This document shows positions 30,636 to 48,930 of a DNA stretch of 64,000 nt, piece by piece. The number at the start of each line of letters is the position of its first letter. Position 1 is the stretch's first letter. Below the pieces are notes generated by a model, which saw only the letters and a program-made list of their open reading frames with translations, was not told where the DNA came from and made no database searches. The position numbers and the translations under genes are program-made. The DNA is taken from NCBI RefSeq assembly GCF_009914755.1, contig NC_060935.1. One strand, 5' to 3'. The stretch is from the human T2T-CHM13v2.0 reference genome, Homo sapiens.

Positions 30636-30995
30636 CTGAAAAGGAAAAATATGATTATTATCACTGTATATATTGATGGTATTCAAAAATACATATGGAC
30701 TCTAAAATACCAGAACTAGAGCTTTAAAGAGTTCTCTCTGAACTCATGTCTGCTTCATGATCTTTCCCCAGAAAACAGAATGTGAGTCAAGAAGTCAAAA
30801 TACACAAGACTCTTGACTGAGAGAGAACTAATGTCAGGTAATCTCTGAACTGCTCCCTTTATGTCTTCCTTTACATCAATTCCTGCAGCAGTTACCTTTT
30901 CCCCAAAATGGTTTTCAGTGTGTGTCTGATATGTGTAAGTATATCCCACATATCAAAGTTACCACATTTCCATTTACTAGTGGGAGCTTTCTTAC

Positions 30996-31078
30996 CCCTG
31001 GGAGGACTTTCATGTTGTGAAGAGCATTCTGAGCTTCTAATGCAGCTTTACGGGTGTAAAATGTAACAAAACAGCACC
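30996..31078 (-). CDS. CELF1: Coding exon, RRM1 ([28 protein letters not shown]), 83 nt
   Basis: tattgcag|GG ... GGG|gtaag; RNP1 motif. Confidence 0.97.
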
Positions 31079-32673
31079 CTGCAATAAATAAGATTTCATA
31101 AAATCAAACTTTGGAAAGCAGAGAATTCCTAGAGCAATCCTTCCTCCACTGACAGATCAGATCTTAAAAGAGGGCTGGGTTTATTAAAATTAGTGAGAGG
31201 GGGAGGGTAGTGGAAAAGAACGAATAGAATATCTAGCAGAGGAATAAGAGATTATTTTCTATACACTTTATTGTTTTAGTCTCCTCCTAGTTAGTTACAC
31301 TATAAGTCTTATTTAGCTGCTCATGTAACTTCTCTGGAAAATACGACTTCTCATAAAGAAAGGTCATGTGCCATTTGACTCAACCTACCCTACTTGGAAC
31401 ACCAGGTGGTATATGAGACAAGAAGACAGATGGGGCTCTATACTTTTGCAGCCTGTAGTCTACCAGGAACTCTTTCTTTCCCTGCTCTCTCAGAATAAAC
31501 CACTCCCTACTTCGTAGCCAGATTCTACCATATGCCTCAAACATAATTATCACTTATTAAATTATAAAATGACTTAAGAGCAAGCACCTCTTAACATCTT
31601 TTTTTGGACTCTTGGTTCTCATCAAATATAATTAAGCTTCTAAAAGCACATGGTGCTGCCTCAGATCTGTAGATTTTGTGCTTTGTATCTTTATTTTGGG
31701 TAGTAGGAGAGGAAGTATATCTTGTAAATCTTGGGCTTAAATGTTCTGACACTCCCATATTCTCATGAGATACAATATAGATTTTTTTTTAAATCATGCT
31801 GCAGCAGTTAGAACTACAAATTACTGAAGGTTATATTGCCAGTCATGTTCAGAAACTATTATACTTTATATTTTTAGTTAACCATGCCAAAAAGAGAAAG
31901 TAATTCCTCTGCTTCTAGATCCTCTGCTATTAAGCTAGTTTCAATATGATAATCATGCTTGCTTACATTTGCACTGTTGGACAGCTTTCACAGAAAATTA
32001 TTTGAAAACTGGTAAAATGGAAAATAAGAACATGTCTGTGTGTATATACGGGGCAAAGTTAATACCTATCTACCATCAGTCTTGTGAAACTTCCACTCTG
32101 CTAGGCAATTCTGGAAGCAGCTCCGCCTTTCCTCTCCTGTTCACTTTGTGGCAACAGCAAACAAGCTGCCTAAACAAATCCTTTCTATTTGATAAACTAT
32201 CCCGCAAGGCCTCTGTAATACTAACAAGAAACCAATGGGTATGTGGACAGTCTTTCTCCTTCAGCTTATGCTAGCCCAAACACTAAAGAAAACTTTATGT
32301 GGTTTAACTTCAATTTTATCTTTGTTATCTGTTCCCAAGGTCAAATAAGACACTCACGTGAGTCTGTCTCTTAAATTTAGAACCCTCACAAAGGACTGCC
32401 CAAGACCCAATTTACAAATTATCCTCATGCTAACACCTTAACTTTTTAAAGCCATTAAATATGTTTGGATTACAAGATATTACTACTATAAAAGGACAGA
32501 TTTTTTCCAATAGACAGACAGACAGGAGTATTCTGGCAATGACAGAGAGAATGCACATGAAAGAAATTACATATAAAAATCCAATTTTTTGTATCCTGTT
32601 AAAAACCCAAAGCCCTCACCTGCTCTGAGAGTCAGTGGAAAAAATAAGATAAACCAAAACCCAAAGCCCTAAC

Positions 32674-32861
32674 CTTTGCTCTGAGGCGGGTTTTGGCTCC
32701 TATCCCTTAGGACGTTGATTTCATACACAGCACCATACTGTTCGAAGAGTTCCCGCAAGTCCTTTTCAGACCAGGTCCTTGGAACCTGGCCCACAAACAT
32801 CTTGATAGCATCAAGATCTGGTTGGTCTGGGTGGTCCAGGGTGCCGTTCATTTTCTTTGAG
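32674..32861 (-). CDS. CELF1: Coding exon containing the canonical start ATG (32851); RRM1 N-half MNGTLDHP...PPQSK
   Basis: Acceptor ctcacacag|C, donor AAG|gttagg; ORF 32669-32851. Confidence 0.97.
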
Positions 32862-33771
32862 CTGTGTGAGATAAAATGAAACTTCTATTATGTAATAATG
32901 TTGCTTTCCAGAGGAAATTTTCTTTTCTTTAATGATCTTAACTAGTTCTGAGAACGTAAGGGAAAAAAAATCTACTTCTTTCACTACTTCCATTCAGTTT
33001 ACCAGAGTTCCCTGGTTCTCCCTCACCATGGCCACCCATTCCATCAGATGCCAAACTAAAGTCACCATTCTGATTGGGACATCCCAGCTGTTACCAGGGA
33101 ACTGACAGTGTACATTTCTTATCTAGCATGAGAATTACCATGCTAGAGGAGGAACTTAAAGGGTAAAACTCCCAAAACAAGATCAAGTTTTAATAACTTT
33201 TAAGCATAGTTAACAAAACAAACACTTAAAAAAAGGCCCACAAAATAACAAAGGACTATTGATTACAAATAAGATTCAGAACACTTCAATGTATACAATG
33301 ACAGGTGAAGTTTCCTTTCAGTAGAAGTTAGAAAAGAAGCACTTGATTTTCAAGGATTAAACTAAGGACTAGAATGCTGGCCTTTGAATGTAGCTGACTC
33401 ATGTATAATCATAATGCTCGAGTTAGGTCTCCAGACCAAAACAGAGCTCCACCTCTTATATTTCCAGATGATTGTGCGATGAACATAAACAATGTTACCA
33501 TCATTTTAGATTTTCTGTTTCTGAGTTATCCAATTTACTGCTATTACTCTAAGACCAGTTAAGATTCCCTTACTGAGGGCAACCATTTTAACGATCCCAA
33601 GTTTCTCTAGTCCTATCACATTGTACTTGTAATTCTCCTATTTCAGTTTTATTACCTTTAGAACCTGAAGGATAATCAGCTATTTTAATACCTTCATTCC
33701 TATCTTGCCACTGTAAACAACCTAGGTGAATTCTTACACTATAGATGTTTCCACTCAGAACATACCATCTT

Positions 33772-37418
<3,647 letters not shown>

Positions 37419-38619
37419 TCAAACTTAACTCTTTGGAAATTTTTACAGAAATTAGACTGAGCAATTTTGTATTTGTTCAGTCTAGTAATAATAAATGTAA
37501 AATACAAGCTCATACCTTATTTTTTCCCCTACATCATTCTCATTGCATTTTACAAGGGAGTGGGGGTGGGGAGAGATATGGTCCCTTAACACAGCTTGAG
37601 AAGCACTACCAAGGTATAGCAACAACCCGCATGTATACCCGTGTGTATGTAATAAGCAGTCACAAACTTTCTCTGATATTGTGTCTGAAGAGAAACAACA
37701 CTCTCCCTCTTCCACATATACTTCCAATATGCATGTTGTCATTATGATTAAAAGTAACCATTGTATTAAAAAAGCCATCTGGGTACACATCAGCTACCAC
37801 ATCATCCATTTACTCTTTGTATCATTAAATACATTCTCAAATTTGTACCTTACTTCCCCATTCAATGGAGAGTTATGTATATTTATCATCTCCATTCAAG
37901 AACCAGTGAATTCAGCAGTTCCCTGGAGAAGTATCTATAGTGTCCCTGTCATTCCTAAGAGGCAAGTCTATGGAAATTCCTATTTCCTGGGGCAGTACTG
38001 CCAGCCCTGACCTGGGAACAGGATAGAAGAAAGGCAAATCAGGGCCTGCAAGAATGTGAAGAGGAGGAAGATCAGAAAGTGGCAAGTGTTTTAGGGGAAA
38101 GGGATGAAACCTACCCCCTCTCTTTTTATGTTTCTACTACTGGCAGCAGAAGCAGTAATAGTAATACCTGAGGAGGTAGTTGCTCTCATTGTTGCTTCTG
38201 CTGCCATTATTAAGAATGAGCAACTATGAAAATTCAGGACAAGAGGTTACTTCGTCTACCTTGATTTCTGCTGAAACATACTATGAGAAAATACAATAGG
38301 GATACAATTGGGAAGAGACACACGAGGGAACAAAAAAGAGCTGTTATTTTCAAAGTATGTATTTGTTCAAAATTCTTGAACACTCTCTTCTCTTTCTCCT
38401 TTCTTTTCCCCTCTCAAAATTTCCCCACCCCAGGCCTATCTCAGGGGCAGCACAAATGTTCTATTCCAAATTTTTCCCATCCTCTGGCCCCAAGTGACTA
38501 AACCATGTGGTGGGTCTTAACCCAATGGCAAGCTGATCCATTGGCTGGCCAGAAACTTAAGACCCTTGACCTATGCTTAAAACAAAAACGGGCCTGGCCA
38601 ATCAAGCTCCTTTATAGCT

Positions 38620-38938
38620 GCACTGAGCAATACGATGATAGCCACTAGCCACAAGTGGCTATTTAAACTTAATTTAAAAAACTAAGTTCTTCAGTTGCAC
38701 TTGCCACATGTGGCTAGTGGCTACTGTATGAGACAGAGACAGAACATTTTATAGTTGTTGTTGTTTTTGTAAAGACAGGGGTCTTGCTGTGAAACCCAGG
38801 CTGGTCTCGAACTCCTGGCCTCAAGGGATCCTTCCATCTCAGCCTGCCAAATGCTGGGATTATAGGCACGAGCCACTGCCCCCAGCTGCGATACAGAATA
38901 TTTTCATCATCACAGAATGTTTTATTTGACAGCACTAC
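38620..38938 (-). mobile_element. MER3-like element split by an Alu monomer (38755-38886)
   Basis: gatagccactagccacaagtggctattt...gccacatgtggctagtggctac...ttttcatcatcacagaa...gacagcac. Confidence 0.75.
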
Positions 38939-39059
38939 TTTACAGAATCTGGAACTGGTTAACAGAAACAGGCAGTTAGTAGTGAAGTCAGAAGTGGAAA
39001 AGTTGCAACTAGAGATAGCATGGGTTAAATGGAGAAGCTCAAAGTGCTGTGGTCAAAAG

Positions 39060-39410
39060 ACAATGGGTCATGCTACAACAAAGACCTTGAAAACATTATG
39101 CTAAGTAAAAGAAACCAGTCACAAAAGGCCACATAGTATATGTTACCATTTATATGAAATGCCCAGAACAGGCAAATCTACAGACAGAAAGTAGGTTGGT
39201 GGTTGCTTAGGAATGGGGATGGGGGAAGGGAGACATGGAGAAGAAGAGGGGAATGGTTGCTAATGGGTACAGGGTTTCTTTTAAGGGTGATGAAATGTTC
39301 TGCAATTAAATAGTGGAAATGGTTACACAACTCTGGAATATACTAAAAATCACTGAATTGCTCACTTTAAAGGGTAAACTTTATAGTATGTGAATTATGT
39401 CTCAATGTGA
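39060..39410 (+). mobile_element. Old L1 (L1MB-type) 3' end
   Basis: ccttgaaaacattatgctaagtaaaagaaaccagtcacaaaaggccacat...tgtgaattatgtctcaat. Confidence 0.85.
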
Positions 39411-40214
39411 AGGGGAGGGAGAAGGGATCCGAAGAAAAGTCATGTTGCAACCAAAGTTATAAGGTAGTTAAGAGTAGAAAGGAGGTACATGTAGAGTGAG
39501 CAGTTATATATCCTGGAGTCAGAAAGATACACTTTCTAGGTCTTCTAGCTGCAGAGCTCCTGATTAGATTACAGTTCAGTCCACCTGTGTCCTTATAAGA
39601 AAGCCCTTTCATATATGCTAGCTTGAGTGGACATCTGTTCCTTGCAGCCAAACAAGACCTTCAAACGGGACCTGTTTAAAAATAATTCCTGAAACCTTTC
39701 ATTATTTTTTCACTCCCCCTTTCTCATTACCTGTTGACTTCCCTTTAATTATACAAAAAGAAAAAATTCAGATACTTACCAATCCCTCCACCTCCCCAGC
39801 AGGCAAAAATACTTGTTGCATTCCAAACTTCTGCTACCACCCACCCTTATACAAGGTCCCTCTGGCTCACATACAGTGCTGTGGAAAAACTGGAACAGAA
39901 GTGCGTGAGAATAAAAAGGGCCCAGAAACACTGGCCTGAGTTACTTACCAGCTGCTCCCTAGTGAGAACAAGACAGAATAATACATTTATGCTGTGAGAA
40001 AGTTAATTTTCATTTGGATAAAGGTCAATCTTCCTATCATGTGGGGTGTTAGGTACTAGAAAAAGCTATCTCTAAGGACAATAAAGACAATAATAATTTA
40101 AAGTCACCATCCAACAACAGAATAGCTAACAATATGCTTTTAAAGGTTTTCAGCCTTCTTCCCTGAGGTATGGAGATAAGATCTGGAGATCTTATCTCTG
40201 CAATCATCTTTAAT

Positions 40215-41220
40215 ATCATTCATTCAACTGTAATTCCCAAGCTTTTGCTATGGTGCCAGATACTACACACTATAGGGCTCTGTAAGACTGAGCAATATGT
40301 GCCCTTGAGGCAATGTCACTGAAAAAGTAGAAGGGCACAACTATAATCCTCTACAAATCCTATAAAGGAATGTTTAAAAGTTCTATGAAAGAAGTGGCTA
40401 ATATGATTTTACTTTATTTGGAGGAGGGGGAGGTGTGTGTGCAGAGATTTCAGCTGCATAGAGTAGGCAACTAGAAAAAGTGCTACGTGGCATGGAGGAA
40501 AGAGGCCTAAGGGTGATGAAGAAATGGTAAGGACTGAGGAGAGATGGGAAAAGTGGGATAACATCAGAAGGGAGAAAAAGGACTTGAGAAAGTTGTGGGC
40601 AGAGTACAGAAACAGAGAAGAGATCATACTAGAAAGCTGACTAAGAATAAAGAGGTAGGTCAGAGAGACCCAGTGAAGGGCTTTCCATGTTATAGACAGG
40701 TTTGGAGTTTATTCCAAGATTTTAGATTAAGTGAATGATCAGATCTGTCCTTTTAAAAGATACCTAAAAATAATCTGGAGGATGAAATAAGGCAGGGAAC
40801 ATGGAGATCAGAAGGCTCTTGCATAAACTAGTACCTAAGATTAGCACCCAGTCTCAGCCAATACTGAGGAATTTTGGGCCAGGATACACTAGGATCTGGA
40901 GTTCACTTGAACTCCAAGGAGGAGAGGAAGAGAAAGAAACTAACAACTCTTGGGTTCTAGTGAAGACAATATGGGAATTACTTTTTGTGGGGAAGTCTCT
41001 AGATGAAAAGTAATCAATGAGCAGTATTTAGAATAAAGTCTTAGACCTCAGAAGACATTTGGGGGAACAGAGATCTGAGAAGCAGAGAAGCACATCAGTG
41101 TCCCCTTAAGCAATGGGAGAATGAAAAGAAAAAAGTCTGGGACACAACTCATGAAAATATCCATATCTTAGGATGCAGGCAAAGTAGCACCAGTGGAAGC
41201 TTAAGAGTGATCAATGAAGA
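40215..41220 (-). mobile_element. Degenerate L2 fragment(s)
   Basis: cattcattcaac...gtgccagatacta, purine-rich body typical of antisense L2. Confidence 0.5.
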
Positions 41221-42090
41221 ATCAAGAACATTGGCTAACCGTTCACTGACACTAGAGGCAGCCTGGTCTAGTGGGCAAAAATAAAAAGACCTTTACCTTT
41301 AAACTTGTACTTCAGGCCCAACACTGATTACTATTTGTCCTCAATCTCTCTCTCAACTGGGTTTCTCATGTTTAAAATCGGGGCAATGGCCTACGCCCAG
41401 GCACCCTTGCAAAGTTTTGGTGAAGATGGGTGACTAAAACAGATGCAAACGTACTTGGAAAAAATGTTGACAATCCATTCCCCGACTGACTCTGAGAATG
41501 ACCTGTGTTAAGTCCACTAGCTCTCGAACTTTAGTGTGCACAAAAAAACATGCTGGACACTTGTTTCTAGAGTCTTGGGGGTCCTATTCTAGAATAAAAA
41601 CATCTGAATTTTTAAGTTCCAGGTGACTTTCATGCAGTGGTCCATGGTCCAGATTTAATGGGATATTGAATGGGTCCAATCTCTTAAAAGATTAGAAAGC
41701 AGGCTGAGAAGAATGCTGTGTCAATGTTGGGTTGAACACCAGGCAGTGGCAAAGCACAGGAAGTATTACAATGAAAGACAATTTGAGCAACAGCCTTGTT
41801 TCTAAGGATCATAAATCCTGGGACATGGAAATATCCTTATTATGTATTAAATCTTTATGATGATATTCACTTTAATTTCACCTGTTACAGCTAAAATAAA
41901 ATTTTAGTAGTAAAGAACTCTCATAAAAAGACATTTAAATTACCGTAATTTTGGAGACTACAGAGGAGGCATAAGATCCACTTCAAAAGAGTAAGACAGG
42001 CCAGGTGCCGAGGCAGCAGGATAGCTTGAGCCCAGGAGTTCAAGACCAGCCTGGGCAACACAGGGAGACCTCATATCTACAAAAAGTTTA

Positions 42091-42261
<171 letters not shown>

Positions 42262-43289
42262 CTAACTTTGAGCCCTGCCCCCCAACTATTCCACAAAGAA
42301 CTGTTTGGTATCTACTATTATCCACACCTGTTACATCTAATCCCAGGGTAGACTGATTTGCACATGGAGGCCTAACCTCAAAGACTTGCATTAACACTTG
42401 TTATCTAGAGAATATTCTACCATTTAATATTCTTGGCTTTGAATAACCTAAAGCTCATTTGCTGGAGGTTCCAAAATACTCTGAAGCCTGGTTACAGTGA
42501 CTGAAATCAGGGGTTGGAAATGTGTCCTTCTCTACAAAGTCCAGAATTCAGGTTCCTAGCAGCTACAACTCAGGGTTAGGTTAGCATTTTGGCTGTGTAC
42601 AACAGCAGTTCTTGGACAGTACTGCAAGCTAACAAGGTTTCTCACTCTCACAATTTATTTGGGCAAATTGCCAATCAAGATTGATCCAGTTTTGCTTTTT
42701 TTGGAGGGTAAAGGACAATTTGATGTTCCTAAAATCACGTGCTGAGCTGTATTTTCAATTAGACTCGGCGGGGGTGGGGGGAATCAAGGTCCAGGATTGC
42801 ACTTTGTATGTTAATACAGAATGTTGTAGATGATACTAAACACACTGACTGTAGCTACCAGTCTTCTCTGTGATAGGAGACTAAGAATCCAGTAATTTAA
42901 AATAATAAAATACTTCCTTCCCAAAAGATTATTTGAAATTGCATGTCCAACCCAAAGCGACAATGCTACAGTTTAAAAAAAAAATACCTTGTAATCTATC
43001 ATATAGGAAAACACTACAGCTTAAAGGAATTGGAGCTGGCACACTTGAGCTGATGCTGCTGGTCATATATCAAGTGCACCTTTATGTAAATAACTTAAAG
43101 CCTTGAGGAAATAAGCAGTAATGAGACAGACTACAATTGAAAATAATAGCATGAGAGAATTCAGGTTGTTTTGGCTTCTTTCCCCATTTTTCTCTTCCCC
43201 TTCTTAAAAAAAGGAACCAATTTCATCAAATAAAGAAAACAGCCCAGTTCCTCTGCTTATGATAAAAATTAGACAACAAAAATACTTAC

Positions 43290-43360
43290 ACGGGACTGGA
43301 ATTCAAAGAGCAATGATCCACCATCATTTCTGGAAGGAAATCCAACTTAAACGCAGCCAT
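43290..43360 (-). CDS. CELF1: Alternative coding exon for the N-terminal extension MAAFKLDFLPEMMVDHCSLNSSP(V); whole exon probably 43290-43441
   Basis: ATG in good context (gaggtgATGg); donor CGT|gtaagt; phase-2 join to 32861 gives V-S-K-K-M in frame; acceptor tttgtgttttttgtggggcccag|G at 43441. Confidence 0.88.
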
Positions 43361-44697
43361 CACCTCACTCTCCCCTTCAGAAGCCAATGATATTAACTTG
43401 CTGCACTTGTCTGATCCACAAATACACACAGCTTTAGCTTCCTGGGCCCCACAAAAAACACAAAGTGGAAACAGGAGCTCAGGGAAACCAGCAATAAGTG
43501 CCACAGAAAGAGGCAGGACTGGGGAAGGGGTAGGGAAAGGGAGTATTGGATTAAAATGGGGATGTGACCATGTGAAGGGAGGCTCAGCCCAGCACACAAT
43601 GAAAGTGCTGATGCGCCAGGCTTGTTTTGTGCAATTTTCCCTGGCGAAGCAGTACTAAGTGCACTGTCAGATAAATAGTGTCAGATCCATGAAGATAGCA
43701 GTGGCTAACAGAGCAGAAGAAACACAAACTTGTTTCACATCCTCCAAACTCCTCCCTGCAAACCAGTTTTTAAGGTCCCCCAAAGCCTGAAACTACCTGA
43801 AGCAAGAAAAGGCTCACCGAAGAAATGGGTTGTTAGCCTTGCTTTTAAACTTACGTTTCCATGTGCCAAAGACAGCAATGAGCACAGTGCTTAGGTCCAA
43901 ACTAACCTCAGAACAGTCACATAAAGAGGAATGATAAGACCATCAGAAGCAGGCCAGAGGCAAACTGGTTGAATAAACTGGCCACCAGAAACTTACCACT
44001 CACATACAACTGCCTACAGTTGATCAGCCTTGCTTTTTTTTTTTTCTTGATATTTTCAAAAGAGCATCAATTTCTCAACTGACCTTGCTTTCTTGATGTG
44101 CTATCTAATGGTTAGAGCAAGGTGTGCTATCTAATGGTTCCTCATCTGGGTGAAAGACTTCAAAAATCCTTTGTTCAGTAACACTCATTAGATGGCACAG
44201 GGAAATTTTCTTTACTAACTCTGAAGCTTCATCTGCCAGAAAATAAAAATGGAATAGTAATATTCTGCTTCTTACTAGCATACTAGGAAATAATGTATTT
44301 TCAGTTCTCTGTTGTCCTTTCTAAAGAAACAAAGAACAAAAGCCACTTTAGTGATAATAATGAAAAAGAACTAGGGCCTACCAGGGACAACACTCAAACA
44401 TGTAAGGGAAAAACCAAGAAATGAAGTCTCTTCATTCTCTTTTTCCTCCTTTAAACTGTTGATAAAACCAAGACTAGTGAGTGCACACATAAAAATTCTA
44501 TTATGGGTGAGCAGTAGAGATGGATATACTTAGCAGTCAAGGCAGATGTGTGCTCCCGTTCTCAATTTAGCTCCACATCCCCCCAAACAACAAATGGCGG
44601 CATTTCAATATTTAGGCAGTGACTCTAAAATGTTATCTCTGAAGGCTCCCAAATTTCACAGGCTTTCTTTCCATTTTTATCATTAGAGTTGCCTTAC

Positions 44698-44769
44698 CTC
44701 AAAGATTTCACTTCACCCAAGCTCAGTTCACAACACAGGGAACTTTGAAAAAAAGAAGTTATGTTCAGC
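44698..44769 (-). other. CELF1: Non-coding 5'UTR exon (72 nt, no ATG)
   Basis: Acceptor ttcgttttacttctttgcag|G and donor GAG|gtaagg, both near consensus. Confidence 0.8.
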
Positions 44770-45490
44770 CTGCAAAGAAGTAAAACGAATGAACTACTAA
44801 ACACACAGAGTTAACGTTAAAAAAAAAAAAGAAAGGCAACACACAATGGCATAGGCCTAGAAGTTCTAATCTGTGTAACAATGGCTAACATCTGTCTGCA
44901 CCTGACCCAGGAAGGTGAAAACTGTCTCTTCTGTCCATGTCCAGACGTCATCATCCAAAATCTAGAACTGTACTGTAACAGCAGCTTACTGCTTTTTCTA
45001 TTTTTGCCAGAGACTCGCTCATCTGATTTACTACTATAGAGGCAGAAGTGGCAGGAGCTCTCTTCCACCCTATTAAAGCGGCAAAAACAAACTGCAAGTG
45101 AGAGGAGACTGTGCAACTGACACACAGTACACAGTTTACCAAGCCCATGCCTGTCAGGCAGAAGATGGTAACCCTAGCTGGGGCTGGTTAGATTACTGGC
45201 TATGTTTGTCCTAGTTTCTCCTACGTACATTGGAACTGATGGCATGCCTCTTCCTATAGAAAGCTGCCTAGACCAAAGAATAACTGAGTCGACAACCAAA
45301 TTAGATCTTTTAGTGCAAGAATTCCTCTAAAAAGACATTCCAGGCTTTAAAAAGGCTGAGCAACAACAGCTCATGGTGGCTCACGCCTGTAATCAATCCC
45401 AACACTTTTGGGAGGCCAAGGCGGGCGGATCACCTGAGGTCAGAAGTTGAAGGCCAGCCTGGCTAAGATAGTGAAACCCCATCTCTACTA

Positions 45491-45688
<198 letters not shown>

Positions 45689-46337
45689 TCAATAAATTTC
45701 AAGGAACTTACCTAAATTTCAAGGTTATTGTGTTTTTAATATTTCCTAAAAACATATGAAATCTAATTGTATCTCTAGTTCAAATCAGAATCACATCTAT
45801 AACAAAAGACTACTTAAATGGAGACATTACTGAGTTGCCAGGCACTGTCCAATGTATGAAAAGATGTGCTCTCTTTAAAATAGTTTCCACCAAGCCAAGG
45901 GCTGGGAAATACGATTTAGAGTAATGTCTTAAAATCATTTTTTCCCAGTCATAGAACTTTTGTTCAAAAGAAGTCTCCAGAGGCCCAATTTATAAAGCAG
46001 TTGAAAATAGAAAGCAGGGCCCATAAATTCTCTGTGCTTATACTGCTATTAAAGTCCATTTTATGATTTATAAAGCAACACCGCTTTAAAAACCTACAAG
46101 ATGGAAATGTTATTACATGAAAGAGGGCACTTCTTCTCAGGCAGGTCACCAGAGTTATCTCAGTATAATTAAATTCAACATACTTTGGGAAAAGAGAGCA
46201 CAGAAATTAATCACAAGTCAATTTTAGAAAGAGGTTATGAAGTTAAGTGATAAAAGCAATTATGGGAATACAAAAATGCAAATATTAAGGGAAATTTAAA
46301 AGTAGAATTAAAAGAAAGTTATTCACAAAAAACTGCC

Positions 46338-46371
46338 CGTGTGTGCGTGTGTGTGTATGTGTGTGTGTGTG
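46338..46371 (+). repeat. Imperfect (TG)n microsatellite
   Basis: gtgtgtgcgtgtgtgtgtatgtgtgtgtgtgtgt. Confidence 0.9.
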
Positions 46372-46481
46372 TTTAATGTCTTAATTAGTCCGGACACGGT
46401 GGCTCAAGCCTGTAATCCCAGCACTTTGGGAGGCCGATGCATGTGGATCATGAGGTAAGGAGATCGAGACCATCCTGGCTA

Positions 46482-46715
<234 letters not shown>

Positions 46716-48455
46716 TTAGAAATACAGAGGTGACAGGAGGGGTTATAACCAAGGGTCTGCTGCAAAAGAAGGCCTTAACTTTCCCTCAGCCTCTTTTCAT
46801 CACCTGTTCCTTTCACTCTGAATGTACTTTCATGGTTTCCTCTTCTCTCCCTGGTTGTCCGTCTGTCTCAGTATTCTCTGCCTTGAATATTCTCTACTTT
46901 TTAAAAGAGCAACAATTCAAAGCCTGATTAAGTGAAGGTAGGAGTAGTCAGCCTGCTGTAACATTAAGAACCCAAATCATTAAAAGTGATCAATATAGGT
47001 AAGAAAAACACTCAAAAGAACAGCATTCATTGCATTTAGGATATAGGAATAGTATAAACTTAACAGGAAGATGTAAAACTGGATTAGAAAAGAGAAAGGC
47101 TAGCAATCACAGTATGTTTTGCCAAAAGGATGAAAAAGCAAACAAAAGCACAGTTAAGCAAAAAAGCCTAGTTGGCATATGCAAATGTCTACCTTGATAG
47201 ATATAACCAGGGAGTTCTACAACAGGTGAACAGATTTTACACTTCCACCCCAATAAATCTAAGTATGTTTGAAAGGGCAATAAAGTAAAGTCTAGTTATA
47301 TAAGCACAGAGGAGATTAGAAGCTACTACTGAAAAGGGAATCAATGTCATTAAAAATCACCATCAATCTATATGAGGGAATTCAAATTGCAAAAATCTAG
47401 GGAATGGTTATAACCTCAGATTGCTGCTAAGTGGACTGGGTATTTTACCCCCAAGTTTCATAAGAGAGAAAAAAAGTAAGCAATTGATACTTGAAAATAA
47501 CCAACTACAGTAACTTAAATTTTTGCACAGTACCTTTTTGGACCTAAATTTCATTTCTAAAATCGAGTATTTCTAATATAACTACTGGGTCTCCTGAGCT
47601 CCCAGCCAAGTACCTTGCTTGCATAGGTAAAATATGGTGACACAAACTGGTAATTATCTCTGTGGCATTTCACTTTGTGGAAGATTTCTGTTATTGTTAC
47701 AAAATGTGACGGTTAAGAATAATTTACGGGGCAAGAACACAGGCTTCACGCCTATATTCCCAACACTTTGGGAGGCCAAGGTGGGCAGACTGTTCAAGCC
47801 CAGGAGTTTGAGACTAGTCTGACCAACAAAGAGAGACCTATCTCTACAAAAAAATACAAAACATTAGCTGAGTGTGGTGATGCATACTGTAGTCTCAGCT
47901 ACTCAGGAGGCTGAGGCAGGAGGAGTGACTGGGCCCAGGAGGTCAAGGCTGCAGTGAACCAAGATTGAGCCACTGCACTCTAGCCTGGGCAACAGAATAA
48001 GACCCTGTCTCAAAACAAACAAACAAAAAACAAAACAACAAAATAAGTTTTCCATAAGAATCTAGACAATGTAAAAATTTCTGAATGGTGGGGGAGGGGG
48101 GTTAAAGAAGAAATAGAAATATTGTAAAAAGAATTTTTCTGGCTGGGCACAGTGGGAAACGCCTGTAATCCCAGCACTTTGGGAGGCCAAGGCAGGAGCA
48201 TCATTTGAGCTCAGGCAAGACTAGCCTGGGCAACATGGCGCCATCTCTACAAAAAAATACAAAAAATAGTGAGGCATGATGGTGCCCACCTGTAGTCCCA
48301 GCTACTTGTGAGGCTGAAGTGGGAGGATCACCTGACCCCAGGAAGGTCAACGCTGCAGTGATACTTGATCGCACCACTACACTCCAGCATGGGCAACAGC
48401 GTGAGACCCTGCCTTACAAAACAAAATAAATAAAACATAAAAAACCTCCATTTCA

Positions 48456-48930
<475 letters not shown>

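Noticed and set aside
32620-32624. Possible 5-nt microexon AGCAG inside the duplicated junction
   Set aside because: It would need a 49-nt upstream intron, below the usual human minimum
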